The notes: generated from the letters alone by a model not told the origin. Counted from the stretch's first letter, positions 44,867 to 55,760 are shown. The stretch: 64,000 nucleotides of DNA from a virus (IMGVR_UViG_3300042446_001529:1-64000), one strand, 5' to 3'. Made by a program: numbers and translations.

Positions 44867-47162
44867 TATTTTTTATGTTTCAGCAAGCAACGGAAATGAC
44901 AAAGACTGGTCAACAATAAAGTCTAGGTATCCACTTGCTCAAAAATTAACAAACATAAAATCTTACGAAGAAATTCAATCTAAATCCTTTACAAAAATGT
45001 TCTGGGTTATCTGGGACGATATAAATCTTACAGAATTTAATTTATTAGATTATAAAGCCACTAAGTGGGATGACATGTATGTTCACGTTTTTAAAAACGG
45101 AGAACACTATGATGGTATTTGTTTGTTTCCTAAATCGTTGACGATTTCTCAGCGTGAATTTCATCATAGATTTTTTACAGCTAAAAAAGAAATTGATATT
45201 GTTGCTAGTATTCCAAAACAATATAAAACATACAGTCCTAATACATTCAACGAATACCAACACATAACCGACGACATGTTTTGGCTAGTATGGCCAGAAG
45301 TTACTGTAACTGACAAATCAATTTTTGACATATATTTTAGTCATCATAATAGTTATGACCGCAGAGAAAATCATGTATTTAAAAATCTCTGCAATAGTGT
45401 TGAATCTTATCTCAGCGGAGTAATCCTTTGCAGCAAATATAAACCTTTATCAAATCGAGAGTTTGATAAACAGTATGCTGTAGATAAAAAAGAGCACAAC
45501 AAAGTTGTCAGCAAATATCAATACCCAGTTTATAAAATTAATTCTTATGCTGATTATTTAGAGATTATTGACAATGAAAAACAACAAATGTTTTGGTGTC
45601 AGTGGCCTAGTATAGAAATTATTGACGATACAATATTTGATTTTTATCTTGATCCTAACAATGGTGCATTAGATTATGATAGGCAAGAAAATCATGTATT
45701 TAAAAATTTATGCAATGATAAAGAATCATATCTAAGCGGAGTTGTTTTATTTTCTAAATCTAAAATTATTTCTAAGAAAGAATTTGATAGAAAATATTTA
45801 ATTGACAAAAAAGAACATACCCGCATAGTTAGTAGGTATAGATATAATCGATACAATATTTCCAGTTACGAAGAATATAAACAAATTATAGAAACAGAAA
45901 CTCAACCTTTATTCTGGGGTATATGGCCCGAAATAAACATTATAGATGAAACAATTTTTGATTTATATTTTGATCCCAACGATGGAAAGTATGATCATGA
46001 TAGAAAAGAAAATCACGTGTTTAAAAATCTATGCAATGACAAAGAAACATATTTGTGCGGGCTAGTTTTATTCTCAAAAGAAAAAGTTATTTCGCAAAAA
46101 GAATTTAACCGTAGATATTTAATAGACAAAAAAGAACATACAACTGTTGTTAGTCGGTATAGATATAATAGATATGTTCTTTCGTCATACGACAACTACA
46201 CAGACATTTTAAAAAATGAAACACAGCCGATGTTTTGGGGGATATGGCCTGAGATAGATATTGTAGATGAATCTGTATTTGATCTATATTTTGATCCTAA
46301 TGATGGAAAATATGATCATGATAGAAAAGAAAATCATACATTTAAGCATCTGTTTAACGGTAAAGAAATTCATACCAACGGACTAGTATTATTGTCTAAA
46401 GATAAAATTATAGGACAACGAGAATTTAAACATAGATTTTTAATTGAGAAAAAAGAACATGATCGACTAGTATCTAAACATCGTTTATATGATGTTGTTT
46501 TTATTTCTTATAACGAGCCCAACGCTGACGAGAACTATAAAAAATTAATAGATATGTGTCCTAGGGCCAAACGAGTGCGTGGCGTGAAAGGAATTCACAA
46601 TGCACATATTAAAGCAGCAAGTATATGTGATACTGATATGATATGGATAGTCGATGGCGATGCAATAATTGAAGACAGTTTTAGTTTTGATACAGTGATG
46701 TCAAGCTATGATATAGATTGTGTTCATGTGTGGCAAAGTAAAAATCCTATTAACAATTTAGAATACGGTAACGGTGGTGTTAAATTATTACCAAGACACC
46801 TAACATTGAATATGAATGTTAATACTTCGGATATGACAACAAGTATATCTGACAAGTTTAAAGCCATGAATACTGTGTCTAATATTAACTCTTTCAATAC
46901 TGATGAGTTTGCAACATGGAGATCGGCCTTTAGAGAATGTTGTAAACTAGCTAGTCGTATTATTGAAAGGCAGTACGAAGAAGAAACTAAACTACGATTG
47001 GACATATGGTGTTCAGCTGGTGTTGAACAACCGTTTGGGGCATATGCAATTGCCGGGGCACAGGCGGGTAGACATTACGGCGAAACTAATAAAAATAATC
47101 CAGACGCTCTTAATAAAATCAATGACTTTGAATGGTTACAGGAACAGTTTAGTGGAATATAA
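44859..47162 (+). CDS. Glycosyltransferase-like protein with tandem degenerate domains and an intact C-terminal GT-A domain
   Basis: C-terminal DVVFISYNEPNA / VDGD / YGNGGVK / WRSAFRE matches the upstream gene; preceded by ~107-aa repeats. Confidence 0.7.
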   Translation: MYDIFYVSASNGNDKDWSTIKSRYPLAQKLTNIKSYEEIQSKSFTKMFWVIWDDINLTEFNLLDYKATKWDDMYVHVFKNGEHYDGICLFPKSLTISQREFHHRFFTAKKEIDIVASIPKQYKTYSPNTFNEYQHITDDMFWLVWPEVTVTDKSIFDIYFSHHNSYDRRENHVFKNLCNSVESYLSGVILCSKYKPLSNREFDKQYAVDKKEHNKVVSKYQYPVYKINSYADYLEIIDNEKQQMFWCQWPSIEIIDDTIFDFYLDPNNGALDYDRQENHVFKNLCNDKESYLSGVVLFSKSKIISKKEFDRKYLIDKKEHTRIVSRYRYNRYNISSYEEYKQIIETETQPLFWGIWPEINIIDETIFDLYFDPNDGKYDHDRKENHVFKNLCNDKETYLCGLVLFSKEKVISQKEFNRRYLIDKKEHTTVVSRYRYNRYVLSSYDNYTDILKNETQPMFWGIWPEIDIVDESVFDLYFDPNDGKYDHDRKENHTFKHLFNGKEIHTNGLVLLSKDKIIGQREFKHRFLIEKKEHDRLVSKHRLYDVVFISYNEPNADENYKKLIDMCPRAKRVRGVKGIHNAHIKAASICDTDMIWIVDGDAIIEDSFSFDTVMSSYDIDCVHVWQSKNPINNLEYGNGGVKLLPRHLTLNMNVNTSDMTTSISDKFKAMNTVSNINSFNTDEFATWRSAFRECCKLASRIIERQYEEETKLRLDIWCSAGVEQPFGAYAIAGAQAGRHYGETNKNNPDALNKINDFEWLQEQFSGI
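45200..46480 (+). repeat. Four in-frame repeats, three with a 321-bp period
   Basis: Equivalent VS codons at 45507, 45828, 46149 and 46470; repeated FW..WP....D..FD.YF...YD..ENHVFKNLCN...KKEH. Confidence 0.9.
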
Positions 47163-48585
47163 TCGTAATATAAAAGGCAATGAACTTAAAGAGATTAATG
47201 GTAGATATGAATCTCGTTATCTTGCCGACGCTGAATATGTGTATAAAGAACTAAACAAGGTTAGTCCTAGTTTCTGTCTTGCCAAATGGTATAACGTTAG
47301 TATACATATTCCCACAGGAAAGACTCATAGTTGTTATCATCCTAGAGCACATCAAATTCCATTAGATGAAATAGTGATCGATGTAAGTGCGTTGCATAAT
47401 ACCAAGTATAAAAAAGAACAACGTAAATTAATGCTAGAAGGGACTCGTCCTAAAGAATGTGAATTTTGTTGGCAAATCGAAGACAGTGGCAATCAACTCA
47501 GCGATCGCGCATATCGCAGTAAGGACGTTTACGAAGACGGACTAATTGAGGAAGCCAAGGCATTGGGATTTGAAGGTGATGCAATACCTCGATATGTTGA
47601 AGTAAACTTCAATCAGGCCTGCAATTTTAAATGCAGCTATTGTAGTCCGCACCTAAGCACAGCATGGCAACAGGATATAGAACAAAGCGGTGCTATCACT
47701 TTATCTGATCGCTGGCACAATGACATTACATGGGTAAAAAAACTCAATATCGACAACGGTCCTGACAATCCTTATCTAAAAGCCTTTTGGAAATGGATGC
47801 CTGTAGTTTATCCAAAGCTACAAACGTTCCGTATGACTGGTGGCGAACCGTTGATGGATAAAAATACTTTTAAAATGTTTGATTATGTATACGAGCACCC
47901 ACATCCTGCCTTAAACCTGTCTATAACGTCAAATTGCTGCCCGCCTGGAAATCAGTGGAATAAGTTCATGATATCATTGAAGAAAATCACTGAAAAAAAT
48001 GCAATTGACCACTTTATGTTGTTTTGCAGTTTAGACTCGTGGGGCAAACAGGCTGAATATATACGTAACGGCATGAACTTTGACATGCTATACACCAATG
48101 TAACTGATTATCTCCAAAACAGCGATAAACATAGTTTGACATTTATTATCACTTTTAATGCGTTGTCGTACACACGATTTTACGAATACATGGAAAATAT
48201 ATTAAAATTACGCAAACAATTTAACAGTGGTCGTCAGTTGGTTTGGTTTGATGTGCCTCAGTTAATTGATCCCGATTTTTTGAATCCTAAATTATTACCT
48301 GATTTAGTTTCTGAGTTAGAACGCACAATTGAGTTTATGAAATATAATCCAGAAACCAAATGGAACGAGTTTAAAGGATTTAGCGACTTTGAAATTAGCA
48401 AAGTACAGAGATTGATCGATTGGATTAAATCAGACACTGGATTTAACAGTGAATTAGCTAAAGAGAATTTTTATTTATTTTTTAGCCAGCAAGACAAGCG
48501 TCAAGACACAAATTTTTTAAATACATTTCCAGAGTTAGAAACTTTCTGGAAAGAATGCGAGGCAAAATGCAAGAAAACAGAGTAA
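47152..48585 (+). CDS. Radical SAM protein with N-terminal SPASM/twitch-like Cys cluster
   Basis: CNFKCSYC, TGGEP; N-terminal FCLAKW, HSCYH, CEFCW; GTG start at 47152 fits better than 46963. Confidence 0.85.
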   Translation: MEYNRNIKGNELKEINGRYESRYLADAEYVYKELNKVSPSFCLAKWYNVSIHIPTGKTHSCYHPRAHQIPLDEIVIDVSALHNTKYKKEQRKLMLEGTRPKECEFCWQIEDSGNQLSDRAYRSKDVYEDGLIEEAKALGFEGDAIPRYVEVNFNQACNFKCSYCSPHLSTAWQQDIEQSGAITLSDRWHNDITWVKKLNIDNGPDNPYLKAFWKWMPVVYPKLQTFRMTGGEPLMDKNTFKMFDYVYEHPHPALNLSITSNCCPPGNQWNKFMISLKKITEKNAIDHFMLFCSLDSWGKQAEYIRNGMNFDMLYTNVTDYLQNSDKHSLTFIITFNALSYTRFYEYMENILKLRKQFNSGRQLVWFDVPQLIDPDFLNPKLLPDLVSELERTIEFMKYNPETKWNEFKGFSDFEISKVQRLIDWIKSDTGFNSELAKENFYLFFSQQDKRQDTNFLNTFPELETFWKECEAKCKKTE

Positions 48586-49922
48586 CGTTTATTAAAAACG
48601 TAAGAGATAGATTAAACAAAGTTGGTTCGGGATTCTGTGCAATGAAGTGGTTGCACCAAACTCTGTATCTACACACCGGTGATAATCATAGTTGCTATCA
48701 TCCACGCCCGCATCATATTGGCTTAGATGAAATTGCAGCAGATCCTAGTGCGTTACACAATACAAGATGGAAAAAAGAACAGCGTAAAACTATGTTAGAA
48801 GGAGGTCGCCCTAACGAATGCCAATATTGTTGGAATATTGAAGATCTACCAGGCGAGCATATCAGTGACAGAATGATACATAGTTCAAGTGATTTTAGCG
48901 AACCGCTGATTGAAAAACTAGCAGAGCTTCCCTGGGATGCACCAGTTAATCCTCGTTACCTAGAAGTTAGTTTTGGTAATGGCTGTAATTATCGTTGCGG
49001 TTATTGCTGCCCACAAGCAAGCACCATGTGGACAGAAGAAATCAAGAAGCATGGTAATTACGATCTAACCTATAATCAGTATGGCATTGAGTTTATGACC
49101 AACGGAACATACTATGGTCCTAAAGACGAAAATCCCTACATTGAAGCATTCTGGAAATGGTGGCCCAGTCTGCGTAAAGATCTACACACACTCCGCATCA
49201 CAGGCGGTGAACCTCTAATGAATCCAGGTGCAATGCAGTTTTTTGATCTGTTAGAAGACGAACCAGCCCCTCACTTAGAAATTACATTAAACAGTAATCT
49301 AGGTGTAACATTCGATCGTGTTGACAGACTTATTCAAAGAGTAACTAGTCTGGTTCGTCAAAAGAAAATTCGTAAGTTTAGTTTCTTTACCAGCATTGAT
49401 AGTTGGGGCGAGCAAGCAGAGTATATGCGTACAGGACTTAAATGTGATCACTGGGAACGCAACATGATAGAAGTAATCAAAGCAGGTGCTACTGTAAACT
49501 TAATGTGTACATATAATGTTCTTTGTGTAACTAACTTTCAACAACTATTAGAAAAGGTGATTGAATGGCGTGAGAAGTTTGGATTTGAATCAGTCTCCTT
49601 TGATACCCCTTACTTAAAAGAACCACCACACTGGATGATTAATATTCTTACAGACGATTTCATAAAACATCAAGAACGTCAACTACAATTTATTGTAGAT
49701 AATAAAAAATGGTTTACAGATGTTGAATATGAAAAAATGCTTCGTGTTACAGATTATATGAAGGAAAAAACAATTCCTGCAGAAAAAATTCGTGCTGGTC
49801 GCAGAGACTTTTACAGCTTCTTTTCAGAAAACGACAAGCGGTTAAATACTAACTTATTAAAGACCTTTCCAGAATATAAAGATTTTTACGAATTGTGCAA
49901 AACAGTTTACAATGAATATTAA
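48567..49922 (+). CDS. Radical SAM protein, paralog of upstream gene
   Basis: CNYRCGYC, TGGEP; FCAMKW, HSCYHPR, CQYCW. Confidence 0.85.
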   Translation: MQENRVTFIKNVRDRLNKVGSGFCAMKWLHQTLYLHTGDNHSCYHPRPHHIGLDEIAADPSALHNTRWKKEQRKTMLEGGRPNECQYCWNIEDLPGEHISDRMIHSSSDFSEPLIEKLAELPWDAPVNPRYLEVSFGNGCNYRCGYCCPQASTMWTEEIKKHGNYDLTYNQYGIEFMTNGTYYGPKDENPYIEAFWKWWPSLRKDLHTLRITGGEPLMNPGAMQFFDLLEDEPAPHLEITLNSNLGVTFDRVDRLIQRVTSLVRQKKIRKFSFFTSIDSWGEQAEYMRTGLKCDHWERNMIEVIKAGATVNLMCTYNVLCVTNFQQLLEKVIEWREKFGFESVSFDTPYLKEPPHWMINILTDDFIKHQERQLQFIVDNKKWFTDVEYEKMLRVTDYMKEKTIPAEKIRAGRRDFYSFFSENDKRLNTNLLKTFPEYKDFYELCKTVYNEY

Positions 49923-50661
49923 AAAACATCTTGGAATTTTTGGAGATAGCTTTGCAAGTAAAGACCTATCTCCTCTACCCATATCTGGAGAGCCATGGGC
50001 GAAAACTCTTTCTGATTTATTAAATATTGATTCTACTTTATACGCACTACATGGAACAAGTATCTGGTGGAGTTTTAATAATTTTATAAAACATTACAAA
50101 GACTACTCACACATAGTATTTGTATATAGTCAGCACAATCGGTGGCATAGTCTCCAAAAAGAATACGAAACAATGCACCATATTACTGTAAATAAATTAT
50201 TCGTTCCTAATATAGCCAAAGAAAAACGTGATGTTGCAAAAATTCTTTTAGATACATACCCCATCGTAAACTCGGAAGAGTTTGATCTTTTTGTATATCA
50301 AAAAATATTTAATGATGTGAATCAACTATGTCGCGATAATAACATAAAATTGATAAATTTCATGCCGTTTGATAACGGTACGTTGATTAATTATGAAAGC
50401 AGAGCAGGATTTTGCATATATAATGCTATTGACCTAATCCAATTTGAACAACAACAATTAACACCTGTAGAACAAGAACAATTTATAAAAATGATATACT
50501 CAGGCGATATGCGATATTGCCACATGAATTGGAAAAATAATAAATTAGTTGCCGATCGCATGTATGAAAATTTAAATAATACATCGACTATGATAGATAT
50601 CCTTAAAGATAAAAATGTTTCAAACGACCCAAACTGTATTAGAGAACTATTAAAATTATGA
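49912..50661 (+). CDS. SGNH/GDSL-like hydrolase or acyltransferase
   Basis: IFGDSF nucleophile block; D..CH near the C-terminus. Confidence 0.6.
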   Translation: MNIKKHLGIFGDSFASKDLSPLPISGEPWAKTLSDLLNIDSTLYALHGTSIWWSFNNFIKHYKDYSHIVFVYSQHNRWHSLQKEYETMHHITVNKLFVPNIAKEKRDVAKILLDTYPIVNSEEFDLFVYQKIFNDVNQLCRDNNIKLINFMPFDNGTLINYESRAGFCIYNAIDLIQFEQQQLTPVEQEQFIKMIYSGDMRYCHMNWKNNKLVADRMYENLNNTSTMIDILKDKNVSNDPNCIRELLKL

Positions 50662-51875
50662 TAAACGAACAAAATAAAACTACCTGGTGTGTAAACGCTG
50701 ACCACGCAATGAGTGGAAATAATACTGGTACAACAAAAATTTGTTGCATGTATCGAGATCAAGATCTAAAACATTCATTAGGTGCTGAACCTATTGCAAT
50801 TAATTTTAATCAGAAAGCATTTCAGGAAGTGAGAGATACATTGGGTTCCGGAAAGAGACACGATAAGTGCAGTTGGTGTTTCGAAGAAGAAGACGCTGGT
50901 CGTAAAAGTAAGCGTCAGCGCGATAACGACAAATACGTTGACTGGTTACGTAAAGGAAATGCACCCTTTAAAGGTCTTGCCAAAGTTGAATTAAACTTGG
51001 GCAATACCTGCAATTTAAAATGCAGAACCTGCGGAAGTCATTCTAGTAGTACTTGGATGGAAGAGGACTACGATGTTTATGAAAACCAGAGATATTCTAC
51101 ATATAAATTATTTGCTCAAAGTATGAAAAAGTATCATCAGCACTACGATGACGAAAGTCCGTTTTGGGATGATCTAGAAAATAACTTAGCAACGATTAAA
51201 CAGTTCGACTTCTATGGCGGTGAGCCTTTCATGAGTAAAAAAATGTGGCGTATCTTAGAAGTTGCTGTTGAAAAAGGATATGCTAAAGATATCGAAGTAC
51301 ACTATGCTACCAACGGCACACAGTGGCCTGCTGAAAAAGTTGAAATATTCAAACATTTTAGACACGTACATTTATCATTCAGTGTCGACGGTATAGGAGA
51401 ACAATTCGAATACATGCGTTATCCTGCTAAATGGAGCGAAGTAAAAGAAAATATGAAAAAGGCAGTAGAACTTAGTAATAGAACAGGTAACATCTATCTA
51501 GGTTGGTGTATTACTTTGAGTACAATAAACATTACAGGATTGCCAGCAATATTAAAAGAACACAATACAAATTTTAAAGAATTTGGACCCTATCTTAATT
51601 TAGTACACGGACCAATACAATATAACTTAACTCAACTGCCAACGGACGTAAAATCCTATGTTGTTGATATACTCAAGTCAATTCCTAAAGAAGATGTTGA
51701 TGGGTATATGTATGAGTATCATATTCCAGGAATTATTAATTTTATTATTAACGGCACTGCTAAATCAGAAAATTGGGAAAAGTTTAATCGACATGTAAAA
51801 GCACACGATGAATATCGAGGACAAAATTTTGCAACAGTATATCCAGAATATGCAAAGACAATAAACTATGAATAA
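50658..51875 (+). CDS. Radical SAM protein with N-terminal SPASM/twitch-like cluster
   Basis: CNLKCRTC, YGGEP, TNGT; N-terminal WC...ICC...CSWC. Confidence 0.85.
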   Translation: MINEQNKTTWCVNADHAMSGNNTGTTKICCMYRDQDLKHSLGAEPIAINFNQKAFQEVRDTLGSGKRHDKCSWCFEEEDAGRKSKRQRDNDKYVDWLRKGNAPFKGLAKVELNLGNTCNLKCRTCGSHSSSTWMEEDYDVYENQRYSTYKLFAQSMKKYHQHYDDESPFWDDLENNLATIKQFDFYGGEPFMSKKMWRILEVAVEKGYAKDIEVHYATNGTQWPAEKVEIFKHFRHVHLSFSVDGIGEQFEYMRYPAKWSEVKENMKKAVELSNRTGNIYLGWCITLSTINITGLPAILKEHNTNFKEFGPYLNLVHGPIQYNLTQLPTDVKSYVVDILKSIPKEDVDGYMYEYHIPGIINFIINGTAKSENWEKFNRHVKAHDEYRGQNFATVYPEYAKTINYE

Positions 51876-53130
51876 TAACTTTTTTAATTTTGATCAACTA
51901 GATCAATTACACATCGAGCTGTCTAATGCGTGTAATGCTGCGTGTCCAATGTGTACTCGATTTCATGTTAACAGTCCACTTACTCGTCCAGATTTAGAAA
52001 TAGATCAAATTACTATTGAAAAATTTAAACAATATTTTCCACCAGAAGTTGTTAACAAGTGTGAAGTAATTTTGTTTTGCGGTGTTCACGGTGACCCCGG
52101 CATGGCAAAAGATCTATACGAGATTTGCGAATACATAGATCAAGTAAGTCCAACAACTGTCATTCGTATGAATACGAACGGTGGAATGCGTAAACCAGAA
52201 TTCTGGGCTAAGATGGGAACTTTGTTTTCAAAGAAACTAAGAGATCACTGGTCATGGCAAATTACATTTAGTATCGACGGACTAGCAGACACAAACCACT
52301 TGTACAGAAGAAACGTAGAGTGGGATAAGCTCATAGCAAATGCAAAAGCATTCATAGATGCAGGTGGTCGTGCAGAATGGGACTACTTGATTTTTAAACA
52401 TAACGAACATCAAATCGACGAAGCTAAACAACTTTCTAAAGACATGGGATTTCATGCATTTGTTCCTAAGAAAGCATTGGGCGTTGATAACGGTACAAGT
52501 TTAGTACGCATGAGTGCAATGACTCGCGAGGGTGAATTTGATTATTGGATCGATGCTCCTGTAGACCCAAAGAATAGAAATTTGGAAAATCCTCAAGGAC
52601 AAGTACAAGATCAATTTTGGAAATTTAGTATAGATGATTACAAACGTCTTAAAGAAAATAAACTAACACACAACAATCATCCTGAACGTGTTGCCAACGT
52701 ATATGACATGCTACGTTCAGAAGATAATTCTATATTAGATAGTGCTAGCATCAAGTGTAAAGCCGAAACTAGAAATGGTGGTAGAGAAATATTTGTTGAT
52801 CAAAAGGGTCGTGTTATCCCTTGTTGTTACATGGGCACACACTTAAACGGCGTACATTCAGATAGCCAAAGCCTGCAACTGCATTACGAGATTGAAAAGT
52901 ACGGCTGGGATCACTTCGACCTTAACAAACATAGCCTTCAAGAAATCATGGAAGGTCATCACCTGGATCGGGTGTTTACGGACTCATGGACCAAGTCTAG
53001 CTGTGCCGAAGGCAAAATGGCATATTGTGCTAACATATGCGGAACCTTTAGTCGAGTAGATAGAATTTATACACACGAAAAGATGGACGACAAATCTAGA
53101 AATTGGCGGGAAATAAAGGTATCTAAATGA
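51868..53130 (+). CDS. Radical SAM protein with C-terminal SPASM/twitch domain
   Basis: CNAACPMC, GDP, TNGG; C-terminal C...PCC...CANIC. Confidence 0.85.
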   Translation: MNNNFFNFDQLDQLHIELSNACNAACPMCTRFHVNSPLTRPDLEIDQITIEKFKQYFPPEVVNKCEVILFCGVHGDPGMAKDLYEICEYIDQVSPTTVIRMNTNGGMRKPEFWAKMGTLFSKKLRDHWSWQITFSIDGLADTNHLYRRNVEWDKLIANAKAFIDAGGRAEWDYLIFKHNEHQIDEAKQLSKDMGFHAFVPKKALGVDNGTSLVRMSAMTREGEFDYWIDAPVDPKNRNLENPQGQVQDQFWKFSIDDYKRLKENKLTHNNHPERVANVYDMLRSEDNSILDSASIKCKAETRNGGREIFVDQKGRVIPCCYMGTHLNGVHSDSQSLQLHYEIEKYGWDHFDLNKHSLQEIMEGHHLDRVFTDSWTKSSCAEGKMAYCANICGTFSRVDRIYTHEKMDDKSRNWREIKVSK

Positions 53131-54260
53131 ACAAAGAAACATTTTGTTCTTTGCCGTTCACTGAGATTTTCTTAGGACCGGATGGCCACGTCAAGACTTG
53201 TTGTTCGGCATCTAATTCTATAGGATCGTTACATACAAACACAATTGACGAACTAATCAACGGAAAGGTTGCAACCGATATTCGACAGCATATTCTTGAT
53301 GGTAAATGGCATGAGTCTTGCAGACAATGTAAACAACAAGAATCTCAAAATGCTAGATCAGAAAGAGACAGTGATTTGGAAAGATTTCAAACTGACTACG
53401 GACCTGTTGATAATTCTTTTTTTAAATTGAGAAGATTAGATCTACGCTGGAGTAACACTTGTAATTTATCTTGTACTTATTGTTATGAATATTTTAGTTC
53501 TAAGTGGGCAACGTTGAAGGGTTTAAAAATTAATACAATCAAAGATGAAAACGAAAATAGTTTATTTCTCATGATTGAAAAAAACATAGACTCTATAGAA
53601 AATATCTTAATGTTAGGCGGCGAACCGTTATTACAAAAACAAAATCTACGATTAGTTAATACTATAACAGATGATAGAAGTTTTTACATCTTATCCAATC
53701 TAGCAATACCATTAGAATCTAACTCAATTGCACAAACATTAATAAATGAACGAACTACAAAATGGGGAGTTAGTTTTGAAACAGTTGGCAACAGATACGA
53801 GTATGTAAGACGAGGAGCATCTTGGGATCTATTTGCAAAAAATATAAATTACATACAAGAAAAAACATCCAATAATATAGATGCACATAGTTTATATTCG
53901 ATATATTCTGCATTTAATCTTGTTGAATTTTATGAGTTTATACAGGAAAATAAAATTAAAAATGTATTTTGGAATTTATTAGAGTCGTCGGGAGAAAATT
54001 CTACAGCTAGTGTTCTTAAATTATCTCCTGAATTAAAGCAACGTGCAATCGACGAAATCACTCAATGTGAAAAATTATTTCCAGATGCTCCCGGATTAGA
54101 GTGGTTATTGACTTTTAAGAAAAATCTCACATTAAAAACAAAATCAACAAATAAAAGTTTTGTAGAAGAAATATATTCATTAGAAACTACCTATTTAAAA
54201 AATGAAACTTTAAAATTTGAAAAATTGTGGCCTACTGAATGGGAGTTATTAAACAAATGA
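53127..54260 (+). CDS. Radical SAM protein with N-terminal SPASM/twitch-like cluster
   Basis: CNLSCTYC, LGGEP; FCSLPF, TCC, CRQC. Confidence 0.85.
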   Translation: MNKETFCSLPFTEIFLGPDGHVKTCCSASNSIGSLHTNTIDELINGKVATDIRQHILDGKWHESCRQCKQQESQNARSERDSDLERFQTDYGPVDNSFFKLRRLDLRWSNTCNLSCTYCYEYFSSKWATLKGLKINTIKDENENSLFLMIEKNIDSIENILMLGGEPLLQKQNLRLVNTITDDRSFYILSNLAIPLESNSIAQTLINERTTKWGVSFETVGNRYEYVRRGASWDLFAKNINYIQEKTSNNIDAHSLYSIYSAFNLVEFYEFIQENKIKNVFWNLLESSGENSTASVLKLSPELKQRAIDEITQCEKLFPDAPGLEWLLTFKKNLTLKTKSTNKSFVEEIYSLETTYLKNETLKFEKLWPTEWELLNK

Positions 54261-54982
54261 AACTATGGGCATACGGTGATAGTTTTGTAGCAGGTGATCA
54301 GGATATTCCTGATCGGATCGACGCTATACTAGAAAACATGGAATATAATAGATATAATGTTAGTTTTGCATCAGTACTAGCAAAAAAACTTAATGTAACT
54401 TTAACAAATCGAGCAATTAGTGGGTGTAGTAATTTTGTTCAATTAGATCAGTTATGGTTAGATTGCACTAACATGTCTTCTGATGATCTAATATTGTTTG
54501 GCATTACTACACCTCTGCGTGATAGATTTATGATACCTCATCTAGCTCCTGAATTTTTAAGAAAAACTCGTGGACCGGGATTAATAAATCGATCATTATT
54601 ACACGACCACCCTGACACTAGGATTTGCACAATTGACACATTCTATACATTTTCTGTATTAGAAAAACTAGAAAAAATGTATAATCTTAATATAGTTAAA
54701 TTTAATTTGTTTCATGACCCATTACAAGATGCATCAGAAGAAGATATAAAAAAATTTAATTTCAACAACTATATTGGGCTTGCCACGCCGGGAAACACCC
54801 TACTCGATATATTAACTGACAATTGGGGCAACGGTGTTCCAAGGATTTCTGATCACAGCAAGTGGAAGCCCCCAGTTGAATACAAACATTTATTCACTCA
54901 AAATTCTCATCCCAATATCGAAGGCCACAAAAAAATAGCTGTATGGTTGGAAAATGAATTAAAAAAAATGCAGGCTATTTAA
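54257..54982 (+). CDS. SGNH/GDSL-like hydrolase or acyltransferase
   Basis: YGDSF, NRAISGCSN, SHPNIEGHKKIA blocks. Confidence 0.75.
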   Translation: MKLWAYGDSFVAGDQDIPDRIDAILENMEYNRYNVSFASVLAKKLNVTLTNRAISGCSNFVQLDQLWLDCTNMSSDDLILFGITTPLRDRFMIPHLAPEFLRKTRGPGLINRSLLHDHPDTRICTIDTFYTFSVLEKLEKMYNLNIVKFNLFHDPLQDASEEDIKKFNFNNYIGLATPGNTLLDILTDNWGNGVPRISDHSKWKPPVEYKHLFTQNSHPNIEGHKKIAVWLENELKKMQAI

Positions 54983-54983
54983 A

Positions 54984-55760
54984 ATGGAATTTACATTAGA
55001 TCGAAATTGGCGTAAAGGGTTGGGAACAGAGTTAATAGTCTTATGTACCTTACTAGACTATAAAGTTTCACAGCTTAATATTAATAAAAGTTTAAATAAC
55101 ACCAATTTTGAAAAATATAAAAAAATTTTTAATATCTCAGACGATATATTACGAATACATCAAACAACTGATTTACAAAATGAAATAGAACCTAGCGATA
55201 TTTTTAAAATCTATAGTCCCTATTACAAACTATCAAATAATAAACAAAACAAAAGATTTATCGGTATTGCCGCTTATCAAGATAGTCAAGCATTTGAAAA
55301 TCCAGGACTAGTATACCCTGAATCAAAATACTATCCTATACAAAAATATTCAGAATTATACAAACTTTTAAAATTATTTGGTTGGGAAGTAATTACATTA
55401 GATAGTAAAGATGTTTCTGTAGAAGAAAAAGTTAATCTAATATCAAATTATTGTGAATGTGTTATTGGATACGAAGGTGGTATTGCTCATTTGTGTCATA
55501 TGCTAGATGTACCTTACATAATGTTTCCTTGGAAAACTTCATTTGACGCCAAATTGCTTCACTTAGATAAAAAAACTTTTTTCTTAGATTCATTTGATCG
55601 AATACTATCTTGGACCAAGGAAGATCTAGATAAATGTATTAATGACTTACACAGCGGAATAACTAACAATGAGTTAGTAAATAACAAACAATTAATAACA
55701 AAAAGACTAATTGGCCATTCAGTGTCTAACGAAGAAAAAAAATTTCTATCATCTAAATGA
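54984..55760 (+). CDS. GT-B (GT9-like) glycosyltransferase-like protein
   Basis: KYYP and VIGYEGGIAHLCHMLDVP resemble the GT9 DSG..HLA.A...P motif. Confidence 0.5.
   Translation: MEFTLDRNWRKGLGTELIVLCTLLDYKVSQLNINKSLNNTNFEKYKKIFNISDDILRIHQTTDLQNEIEPSDIFKIYSPYYKLSNNKQNKRFIGIAAYQDSQAFENPGLVYPESKYYPIQKYSELYKLLKLFGWEVITLDSKDVSVEEKVNLISNYCECVIGYEGGIAHLCHMLDVPYIMFPWKTSFDAKLLHLDKKTFFLDSFDRILSWTKEDLDKCINDLHSGITNNELVNNKQLITKRLIGHSVSNEEKKFLSSK

Noticed and set aside
46963-47151. N-terminal extension of the first radical SAM ORF (similar extensions at 30716, 58938, 60384)
   Set aside because: Overlaps the upstream gene extensively; better starts with RBS or coupling lie downstream.
31429-47162. Diversity-generating retroelement or invertible fibre cassette
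   Set aside because: No reverse transcriptase or invertase; the 321-bp repeats differ at all base types and lie in tandem in one ORF.
47152-54982. RiPP (modified peptide) cluster
   Set aside because: No precursor peptide, peptidase or transporter is visible; neighbours are sugar-related enzymes.
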